This document shows positions 23,398 through 32,712 of a stretch of 32,712 nt of DNA, in pieces (the stretch's first letter is position 1; each line of letters opens with the position of its first letter). Location of the stretch: positions 53,749,282 to 53,781,993 of the forward strand of contig NC_057719.1 in assembly GCF_004010195.1 (NCBI RefSeq), read 5' to 3'. Made by a program: the position numbers and the translations under genes. The notes under the pieces were generated by a model. It was given only the letters and a program-made list of their open reading frames with translations. It had not been told where the DNA came from and did not search any database. Source of the DNA: Chiloscyllium plagiosum (lineage: Eukaryota).

Positions 23398-24462
23398 GAG
23401 TGTCTTTGAGCTACAAAGCTCAGACTGTAAGGCTGCAGTGGTATGAGTTGGTTCGAGAGTAGACATGATGATCCACTGAGGCTGGCGGGTTGCCACTGCT
23501 GATTTGCATGGATGAAGGGTGGATGGTGACAGAGTTCATGGGGCATACATGGACAATGTGGTGAAGACTTTTGTGATTGGACACTTTGATGCAGGAGAAG
23601 CAAGAACAGAAAAGCAGGGGGTCCAAGGTGTGTTAGTGTGATAGGATATTATGATAATTAGGGACTATGATGTCAGTAATCTCATGATGATATTTGAACA
23701 CGGAGGAACTTGGATCTGGATAAATAGCATTTCAAGGAAATTCTTTCTTATTCTCTCTGCAGCACAATAGAATATTTAATAAACTTTATTAGTATTCACT
23801 CACCCAAATACAGACCTAATCATATAACAACTTAAATAATTATTTCCTCCTCCAGGACAACTCTTACAAAATGAAGAGTTTTATTTTACCTGTATTTTTG
23901 TTTTAAACAATAAATAATTGCTGACTGTTATTGAGACAATTATTATTTTTCTTTTTTCTCTCATTTCGGTTTAGATCTGTGAGCTGCAGTTGAAAATTGA
24001 ACTTTGAACTGCAGCACATTTTAAAAATAAAACGACAGAACAAAAGACTGATATTTACTGTTAGAAACTGGGGCTGGAAAGAAAAGATAAGTCAAGTACT
24101 GCTTTGTGAACACTATCGATGACTGGCATTGGTTGGATGTTGAATTGATCAAAGAAGGGAGGACCCTTGCTGGCCAGTCAAACTCAGGGAATGTGGAAAA
24201 CGGAAGATGGTCCAAAGGGTGAATTGAGTTTTGACTTAGTTTTTGGCCAGGAGGCAGTATCACTTCGGATACTGCAAAACTGTTCATTTTAGCTTTGCAC
24301 TATCTAGTTATTCTCGTGTTATTGACTCGGAAAAGATGTTAGAAAATAATCCCAGTATACAAGAAAAAAGGAAAAGCCTCCAGAGGTCTGCAGAAACTGT
24401 TTGCATTGATTGGTAACTTTGAAATTCAAGTAAGATATAAGCCTAACTGTCTGTAATACAGC

Positions 24463-25132
24463 CATAGAGTGATAGTGTCAGAGAGATGTACAGCATGGAA
24501 ATAGACCCTTCGGTCCAACTTGTCCATGCTGACCAGATATTCCAACCCAATCTAGTCCCACCTGGCAGCACCTGGCCCATACCCCTCCAAACCCTTCCCA
24601 TTCATATACCCATTCAGATGCCTTTTAAATGTTGCAATTGTACTAGTCTCCACCACATCCCCTGGCAGCTCATTCTATACACTTAACACCCTCTGCGTGA
24701 AAAGATTGCCCATTAGGTCTCTTTTATATCTTTCCCCTCTCACCCTAAACCTAGACCCTATAGTTCTGGACTACCCCACCCCAGAGAAAAGACTTTGTCT
24801 ATTTATCCTATCCATGCCCCTCAAAATTTTTAAACCTCTATAAAGTCACCCCTCAGCCTCCAGTGCTCCAGGGAAAACAGCCTTAGCTTATTCAACCCCT
24901 TCCTATAGCTCAACCTCTCCAACCTTGGCAACATCCTTGTAAATCTTTTCTGAACCCTTTCAAGTTTCACAACATCTTTCCAATAGGAAGGAGACCAGAA
25001 TAGCACACAATATTCCAACAGTGGCCCAACCAATATCCTATACAGCTGCAACATGACCTCCCAACTCCTGTACTCAATACTCTGACCAATAAAGGAAAGC
25101 ATACCAAACACCTTCTTCACTATCCTATCTAC
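24463..25132 (-). mobile_element. CR1/HER1 LINE 3' fragment
   Basis: VGPLLEYCVLFWSPSYWKDVVKLERVQKRFTRML; (catagagt)-type tail; possible TSD gccat at 24461-24465 and 25134-25138. Confidence 0.93.
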
Positions 25133-25825
25133 TGCCATCAATTTCATGAAGGCTTGGAATTCATCAATTTCATAATCGCTGGAATGATTATTCAAAAGCA
25201 CTTACAATTTTAAAATTTTTTAAAAATTTGCCCCTTAACTTTGTCTGGGTGGGGTTCGGATCAAAGGATATTGGGCTTAGATTATAGATATTAATTAGAT
25301 CTCTTTGTGGTTCACCTGTGTTCTGCTAAAGCTTCATTATCATTAATAAATAATGAAACATTGTTTAACTCATAAACTTGGTGTCCAAGATTGATTATTT
25401 GTAAAGTCTGGTTCAGAACAATTCACCAATTTTGAGGGTCATCAAATGTTTCAATTTCCCTGCATTACGAATCCAGTATTAGTGAGATTGATTTAGTCTG
25501 ACTTGCAATCCCTGCGATGGAACATTTTAAATGGCAAACTCTGAGAAACCCATTAAGCTGAGTCAATGTCAGATGATAACATTTCATCTTTAGATAGCTT
25601 TCCATTGTCATCTTGCTTCCAGTATTGCCATTACTTCCAACTTCTCCTGTCTGTTTAATGCAGAGCCTCCTCAGCCTGCATATTTACAGTACTTAATGAT
25701 GATGGTCACATCCACATTGACTGTTTGATGTAAAAGTTGTGTCAGTTTTTGTGTTTTAGTAGATAGTACTACATAAAATTTTGAAAAAGCTTTGAAGACG
25801 ATAAAACATGTTTAGAAGGTTTATG

Positions 25826-25988
25826 GATTCTCAGAATGATACAGTGCATAACATGGGAGATCATTCAGCCCTTTGTGCCTAATGCTGACTCTATGGAAGT
25901 GATATTAAATCCATTCTATTCCTCTGCTCTTTTTCCCATAACTCTATATATATCTTACCTTCACATATTCATTCAATCCCCTTTTGAT
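25826..25988 (-). mobile_element. Old CR1-group 3' end
   Basis: cagaatgatacagtgc...gatcattcagccctttgtgcc resembles a reverse-complement CR1 terminal motif. Confidence 0.5.
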
Positions 25989-26448
25989 CACAGCATGTCC
26001 TTGTGCAATATTATTTTGACGCAAACACTAGAGGTGACAATGAAAATTATCTTTCTATCGCATATTATAACGCTACTCTTTCCAAGTTGTATTGCCATGC
26101 TTACTCCTGGCAGAGAAAAATAGAAATAAATGCATTTTTCTTTATGATTAATTAAATACATTGTTAGCTGTTGCTGAATATAGGCCAAACAAATAATGAG
26201 TCTAAAATGACCACACTGGAAATGCACTGGAAACTAGAAAGCTAATATGCTGTCAGAAGAATTGAATTTTTCTTTGTCAACACTAGATATACAAAGGAGG
26301 AAGCAAGATCCAATGCCAATTAATATGAAGTGTGTATATATCTGATTTATTTAGATTTATCAAAACTAAATTACGGCATAAGGTTATCAGTCTCGAATAT
26401 TCTAAGAGTAGAAAAGAATTAAGACAAAACCAGAATAAACATGATCCA

Positions 26449-26506
26449 CAGCATGGATGGGTTGGACCAAAGGGTCTGTTTTCATGTTGTACATCTCTAT
26501 GACTCT
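26449..26506 (+). mobile_element. CR1/HER1 extreme 3' end (about 58 bp)
   Basis: gcatggatgggttggaccaaagggtctgttttcatgttgtacatctctatgactct matches 11402-11457. Confidence 0.88.
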
Positions 26507-27339
26507 GATATCATCACTTATAGATTTAGTATCCACTTTCAGCATCTTGGATAATAGTGAAGCTTTTCACCTGTGCAGCATTATTTATTTTTTCATGAGT
26601 TAAGCACAATGATATGGCTAAGGCAGAACTGTAGCTGCTAGCACCAGCAGCCAAAAGCACAGCTTTTTCACTCATGCACGTGACCCTAGTTATCAATGTG
26701 TTGAAAATTATAACCAAGAAAAACAAAATTGAAGTGGTAACAGCTGTGAGTGTTTTTTTTAAATGTATAAAATACAAAGCTAGAAAATATATTATATAAT
26801 TTGTCAGACAATACTGCTATGTACAAAAAGCAGATGTGCATCATTATGAAATTTAATTTGACCTCCCAGTTTTAATTGTTGAAAAAGAAGTATATTGTTG
26901 CACAATACTAGGAGACCTTGGTCCTTTTGCATGAAGTGAATTAGAGAAATTACACATAATTTTTGATTACCTTAACCTTAACCAAATTGTTTCATAGTGT
27001 GAAAAGCAGATATGCTGTGGCATTGAAATTTTATCAGTTCACTTATGATGACAGGAGTCATATGCCAGGAAAATAGATTTTATTGCATCCATGGTGGCAG
27101 TGCTGTGTAAGCTTCAAAAATATGCTTGTTCAGGGCTGGAGAGGAACTTGCTGGGTGGGGAAGGATTTAGTTGTTGTGGTCCATATACGTAGAACAGCAT
27201 AAGTAGAAAGTATGAAGAGCTATCACCTGACCTGCCACTCATCTCTGCTCAGTTATATGCTTTTTCCTTAAGTTTGATGCTTCCCTAAAGTTCTTAATTG
27301 ATAATAGATGGTAGATTCTCCCCTTACTATCCTTTCCTT

Positions 27340-28190
27340 CACAGTAGGAATATATGTATTCTGAGTATTCCGAAATATCCCCTGAAATAATTGCCATGTT
27401 GTCTCTGTTAATCAATCAAGTCTAGTATCCCGGTTCATTTCAGATAGAGTCATAGAGTCATAGAGATGTACAGCATGGAAACAGACCCTTTCGTCCAACC
27501 TGTCAATGCCGATCAGATATCCCAACCCAATCTAGTCCCACCTGCCAGCACCTGGCGCATACCGACCCCAAGGAAAAGACTTTGTCTATTTATCCTATCC
27601 ATGCCCCTCATAATTTTGTAAACCTCTATAAGCTTAGCTTTCATGTCTACAAAGTTGCCTCATTTAAAATTAAAATACAGGTTTCAGACATATTCTTTTC
27701 CCTTTCAAACTGGATGTAAAAGTCAATCATATTCTGGTGCCTACAAGTGAGGAATGCCTTAACTTTAAGGTCATTAATGAATCCAGTCACATTACACAAT
27801 ACCTAGTAGAGTCTAATCCATTCCCTGGTTGGTTTCAGAATGCATCGCTTGAGGAAACTATCTCATGAGCTATCGTAAACTTTACATCCAGCTTAATCTA
27901 GGCAATCTGATTTTTCCAGTTTATACGGAGATTAAAATCACCCATGATCATTGCCATCCCTTTACTGAAGTTTTTGTTTACTGTTCTTTGTGGTTACTGT
28001 TTAGGGTTTGAAGACCATCCCTGCTCGTGGCTTCTTTGCCCTACTATTCCTAAAACTGAATTGTCATGCTGATCTTCTGAACTGAATTCATCTTTGACTA
28101 TTGCACCAATTCTATCATTGTTTAACATTGTTATCGGTCCACCTTTATCTAGCTTTCTATTCTTATTGAATGTCACATATCCCTCAATTA
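27340..28190 (-). mobile_element. Old CR1 ORF2 endonuclease-region fragment, interrupted at 27444-27632
   Basis: Minus translation FNKNRKLDKGG..IGAIVKD, AMIMGDFNLRINW, VLCNVTGFINDLKV. Confidence 0.75.
27444..27632 (-). mobile_element. CR1/HER1 3' end with an internal deletion
   Basis: atagagtcatagagtcatagagatgtacagcatgg; jumps from cctggcgcatac to accccaaggaaaagact relative to the 31364-31923 copy. Confidence 0.9.
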
Positions 28191-28226
28191 GTCAATTATT
28201 TTGCTTTGTTTTAAATGTTGTGCACT

Positions 28227-28420
28227 GGATAGGGTTTGCTCGTTAAGGTGGAAGGTTCATTTCCAGACGTTTTTTCACCTTAGTCAGTACCATCTTCAGT
28301 GGGCTTCCAGGCGAAGCTTCATAGCACGCAGTAGGGTGACAAAACATCTGGAAATGAACCTTCCAGCTCAGTGTGCAAACCTACATCCTGAACCTCAACC
28401 TGAGCTACAAATATTCTCAA
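28227..28420. mobile_element. PLE-derived mini-element (family B) with inverted arms, hammerhead core and 14-bp TSD
   Basis: TSD aaatgttgtgcact at 28213-28226 and 28421-28434; perfect 19-bp inverted repeat 28249-28267/28347-28365; minus strand cca-CTGAAGA...aaaa-cgTC-tgg. Confidence 0.85.
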
Positions 28421-28517
28421 AAATGTTGTGCACTTTTAAATATAGAGCCTTTATTTTTTTCTAGTTAGTATGTCTGAATGGGGTCAGGTATTTGAATGTT
28501 AAGGCAATATCCTGATA

Positions 28518-28741
28518 TCTAGAATAAAACAAGGAATGCTGCATATCCATAACAAAAACTGAAATTACTGGAAAAACGCAACCTACCTGGCAGCATCTGT
28601 GGATAGAAAGCAGTGTTACTGTTTTAAGTCTAGTGACCCTTCTTAAGAACAGTTATGAAGAAGGGTCACTGGATGTGGAACATTAACTCTACATTCCTTT
28701 CCAGATGCTGCTCGAGTCTCTCCAGCAATTTCTGTTTTTAT
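28518..28741. mobile_element. Palindromic PLE-derived element (family A) with back-to-back hammerhead cores
   Basis: Symmetry centre at 28651 (tagtgacccttcttaagaac-a-gttatgaagaagggtcactg); arms extend to about 28551 and 28741; candidate TSD tcctgata at 28510-28517 and 28742-28749. Confidence 0.8.
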
Positions 28742-29166
28742 TCCTGATAGGTAGGTGTTTTGGTGGTAGTGGAGTGCACTGAGAGGTTGGTGGAGTGCTG
28801 GAAATTCGCTTTGTAGAAGCACTCACTGTCCTTCACTGCCTGCATGAGATTATTGAATAGTTTTTGCTGCTCTGGGCCCCAGATTTTGTGCATTAATCAC
28901 CATGGCCACACATTTTCGTTCCTTTTGGTGGATGTTCTTTGATGGCAGAAACATAGCCTCTTTCCTCCTCTTAACCTCCAAAATTAATGTTCCTGGTACT
29001 TGTCTTTGTTTCTAAATATCTCCAACGCAATACTGGCAATTAGCAATAGCGTCCACTCTGTCAAAGTATCTTCCCTTTCACTAACCCCTCTAAGTGAAGG
29101 AAATTATAAGGTTTACTTGGGATTTGTGCCAAAGTTGGGAGATGAATCTATCGACAAACTAACATA

Positions 29167-29290
29167 AAAGCAAGATAGTGGATGCTGAAAGTTAGAAATA
29201 AAAATGGGAAGTCCTATAGAACCTCAACAGGAATGTCAAGTTCTGTGGAGAGAGAAACCTGCTGATGTTTTGGGTGCACCATAATTCTTA
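29167..29290 (-). mobile_element. Family A single arm, degraded
   Basis: gatgctgaaagttagaaataaaaa...ctcaacagg...ctgtggagagagaaac resembles the left arms at 28551 and 30675. Confidence 0.55.
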
Positions 29291-29299
29291 TTTGGGAGG

Positions 29300-29640
29300 A
29301 AGCCTTCTATTTTGCAATGATGAGCCGAGCTCATCTATCATTGAGGATGTGAATATTTATCCACCACTATTCATGACAAATGTGGCAGGTCTGCAGAGCT
29401 AACATTTGTTACGTTGACTGTGGAATCAATTTGTTCTATCAGTTGGATACTGCTTCCCCTGTTTGATATGCAAATAGCCATACATTGCAGTTTTATTGGA
29501 TGACACTTCAGTTTTAGATATTTTGATATTGCTCCTATCATGCGTTTCTTCTCTCTTTAATGACCAATATTGATCACCTAGTTTGATGGCCCTAATCAAG
29601 TGGGGATATGCTAGGCCATGATGTTACTGATTGTAGGTTA
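29300..29640 (-). mobile_element. L2/CR1-group LINE, inverted 5' segment (EN-RT linker)
   Basis: Minus translation TISNIMA*HIP..AIKLGDQYW...LCRPAT...NIHILND..HHCK; linker sequence expected immediately upstream of the plus segment. Confidence 0.65.
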
Positions 29641-31365
29641 ATGCTATCTTCAGCTAGAAGTGCCAATTGGATGATCCATCTCAGCCTCATCCTGAAGTCC
29701 CCAGCATCACATATATATACCAGCTTCTGATCAACTCACATGACACCAAGAAAAGGTTGAAAGCACTGGAAAGTGCATAGACTGCAGCCCAGGCCAACAT
29801 TCTGGAACATCTACCAACATCTGCAGTCTTCATTTTCTCCTAACATTCTGGAACAGTACTGAAGATTTGTGCTTCAGGACCTTTTATACCTTAAGTCAAG
29901 TTCCTGTACAACTCCAACATTCACAAGTACCTGCCAATGTGGAAAATTGCCAGATATGTCCTGTCCAGAGAAATCACAACAAATCCAATCCAATTAATTT
30001 TTGCCCTGTTAGTCTACTCTAGTTTGTCAGAAAAGTGATGGGAAAGATTGTTGATGGTACTAACAAGGGAACTCACTGAGCAATAACCTACTCAGCTACA
30101 TTCCCTCACATTTTGTTTTCTTCTGTGTGAATCTCAGAGGTCCATGCACGACAATGATCTCCAAAATGGGAAGTCTTGACTGGGAATAGCATCCACATTT
30201 TGATAGGCATGAGTGGACCCTCGGAGCAACTGTGCTGCTTCAAGAAAATATTGCTAAGTATTGATTCTGCCAGTTTCACTCAACTTTTGACCTTATTACA
30301 GCATATGTCCATAATGGAAAATAGATCTGAATTCCAGAAGTAAGTGGCAGTGCCGGCAATAGACACCTTGGCAGCATTTGACCAAGTGGCAAGTAACAAT
30401 CACCCTACCTAAGTGCCAGGCAATAACAATCTCCAACAAAAGAGAAGCTACCCATCACCACTGAAAAATTAATAGTATCACTATTGCTGAATGGCCTGTA
30501 ATCAACATCCTGGTAGCTGATTTTGGCCATAAACTGAACTGAACTGAACCAACTATAGAAATACCCTGGCAAGAAGAGAAGATCACATATTGAGAAATCT
30601 GCAGCAAATAATTTCCTCCTCTCTCCCCATTGGCAATCTCTGAGGTGCAAGTCAGGAGTATGATGCAATATTTAAACAAAAACAGAGGTGCTGGGTAAAG
30701 TCAGCAGGTCTAGCAGTATCTGTGGAGAGAAAAAGAGAGAGAAAGGTACAATTTTGAGTCAGATAAAACTTATTCTTCTCCATTTCTGAAGAAAAGTAAT
30801 TTTGTATTTGTAATGTTAACTCTGTTTCTCTATTCACAAATGCTGCTGGATGTGCTGAGTTGATTAGATTTCCAGCATCTGCTGTATTTAGCTTTCTCTT
30901 GAATGAAATACTTGCCTGGATGAGTGCAGCTCCAACAACACACAAGAAGCTTAACACTAAAAGGATAAAGGAGCTAATTTGATTAGCACTCTGTCTAATA
31001 CCTTTAAATTCCATTCCCTTCATCACTGAGACACTGTGGCAGTAATGTGTATCATCCACAAGATGCATTGCAGTAGCTCATCATAGTTTCCTTAATAGCA
31101 ACTTGCAAATCCAGGATTAACATATGAGTATCCCCACCTGCAAGCTCCTCTCCAAGACACACAATCCTGGCTTGGAATGATATCATCTTTTCTTCATTGT
31201 TGCTGGGGTAAAATCCTGGAACACCTCCCTAACACCACAGCAAGCACAACTACATCCCATTGACTGCAATGTTTCAGGAAAGCAGCTTGGAACCACCTTT
31301 TCAAGTATAGTTAGGGATGGGCATTAAATGGTGGCTTGGTTAGTGATACCCATATTTCATGAATG
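29641..31365 (+). mobile_element. Degraded L2/CR1-group LINE (RT to 3' end) with an internal deletion and nested inserts
   Basis: IFS*KC..DDPS, WKIARYV, NPINFCPVSLL, AAFD, INILV, LAWMSAAPTTHKKL; 3' end ttagggatgggcattaaatg...catatttcatgaatga. Confidence 0.8.
30675..30895. mobile_element. Palindromic family A element nested in the LINE
   Basis: aaacaaaaacagaggtgctgg..tcagcaggtctagcagtatctgtggagag mirrored by ctgaagaaaag...gttaactctgtttctc...atgctgctggatgtgctgag..ttccagcatct. Confidence 0.75.
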
Positions 31366-31923
31366 AGTCATAGAGTCATAGAGATGTACAGCATGGAAAC
31401 AGACCCTTCGGTCCAACCCGTCCATACCGACCAGATATCCCAACCAAATCTAGTCCCACCTGTCAGCACCCGGCCCATATCCCTCCAAACCCTTCCTATT
31501 CATATACCCATCCAAATGCCTCTTAAATGTTGCAATTGTACCAGCCTCCACCACTTCCTCTGGCAGCTCATTCCATACACGTACCACCCTCTGCATGAAA
31601 AGGTTGCCCCTTAATTCTCTTTTATATCTTTCCCCACTCACCCTAAACCTATACCCTCTAGTTCTGGACTCCCCGATCCCAGGGAAAAGACTTTGTCTAT
31701 TTATCCTATCCATGCCCCCCATAATTTTGTACATCTCTATAAGGTCACCCCTCAGTCTCCGATGCTCCAGGGAAAACAGCTTGAGCCTGTTCAGCATTTC
31801 CCTATAGCTCAAATCCTCCAACCCTGGCAACGTCCTTGTAAATCTTTTCTGAACCCTTTCAAGTTTCACAACATCTTTCCAATAGGAAGGAGACCAGAAT
31901 TGCATGCAATATTCCAACAGTGG
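31364..31923 (-). mobile_element. CR1/HER1 LINE 3' fragment
   Basis: PLLEYCMQFWSPSYWKDVVKLERVQKRFTR...RVWNELPEEVVEAGT; (gagtcata)n tail; truncated at 31923. Confidence 0.95.
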
Positions 31924-32280
31924 AGAGAGAGAGAGAGAACCTGCACAGTTACTGCCTTTGCTGTTTGAATTCATGTATCGCTGGACATCGGAGTGCATCT
32001 GGGAAAATTAACAAACAGTGAATTTCACAACTAATCTTGGAGAATCCGGTTTGGGCGAAGTTAACAATGCAGAATCAGATAAGTTAATTGTTGTTTTAAG
32101 TCTGTCCAAGAGAAAGGCTGTGACGACAATGGGTTCTTTCTTGATTATATGTTTTTGGAGATAAGTCTTTTGATTAAACTTTAAATATAAGCCATAGCTC
32201 TTAATTCAACCTGGTGCAGTGTTCCATAGAGGAATAAGATGGTGTTATTTTCTAGGTCTGTAGATTGTGAAGGAGCAAAA
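31924..32280 (+). mobile_element. CR1 5'UTR beginning with (ga)n
   Basis: Lies directly upstream of the ORF1 ATG at 32281; starts where the minus-strand CR1 is broken. Confidence 0.6.
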
Positions 32281-32712
32281 ATGGCCTTTGCAGTGATATG
32301 TACTTCTTGTCAGATGTGGGAGTTTAAAGAGAGTTTAAGGGTTACTGTGAATTATATCTGCCATAAATGCGCTTGGATGTGAATCTTATCAGATCGAGTG
32401 GATCGGTTGGAGAGACAGATAGAAGCAATGAGGAATTTGCAATAGCAACAGTGTGTGATGGATGGTAGTTATAGAAAGGGGGGAGAGTCTCAGATACAGT
32501 CACATAGATGGGTTAACTCCAGGAAGGGTAAGAGAGGTCGGCACCTAGAGCAGGAGTCTTTTGTGGATATACCCATTTCAAACAGGTATGCTGCTTTGGA
32601 AAATGTAGAGGGTGATGGATTCACTGAGGAACGTAGCACGAACAGTCAAGTTTCTGGTATTGAGACTGGCTCTAATGCAACGAGGGGTATGTCAGCTTCC
32701 AAGAGATCAATG
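32281..32712 (+). pseudogene. CR1 ORF1 N-terminus with in-frame stops, running off the window
   Basis: MAFAVICTSCQMWEF...NYICHKCAWM*ILSDRVDRLERQIEAMRNLQ*...RWVNSRKG...IPISNRYAALENV. Confidence 0.88.

Noticed and set aside
24050..25525. Solo LTR interrupted by the CR1
   Set aside because: Only an aataaa and an ..aaca end suggest it; the boundaries cannot be supported

Overview
This is vertebrate genomic DNA, almost certainly from a cartilaginous fish (shark-type HE1 V-SINE and HER1/CR1 LINEs; a carpet/bamboo shark is my inference). I recognise no host protein-coding gene, rRNA, genuine tRNA or CRISPR array, so the window looks intronic or intergenic. It is a nested transposon graveyard: several CR1/HER1 LINE subfamilies (two nearly full length, all disrupted), an RTE LINE split by a CR1, an older L2/CR1-group LINE with an apparent 5' inversion, three SINE types, a young CpG-rich Tigger/pogo MITE, Penelope-like (PLE) GIY-YIG remnants, a 45-bp minisatellite and two N gaps. 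The most notable signal is a set of short palindromic elements from three unrelated sequence families. Their arms carry degenerate minimal hammerhead-ribozyme cores (CTGANGA..GAAA..TH) reading outward from the centre, and one or two copies have clear target-site duplications, which suggests mobile non-autonomous PLE/retrozyme-like mini-elements. Other oddities are a 45-bp CR1 RT active-site fragment between two 110-bp direct repeats and a CR1 split by a 4-kb insert that has CR1 ends but a non-CR1 interior. Family names come from remembered consensus features and translated motifs, not from any database search.
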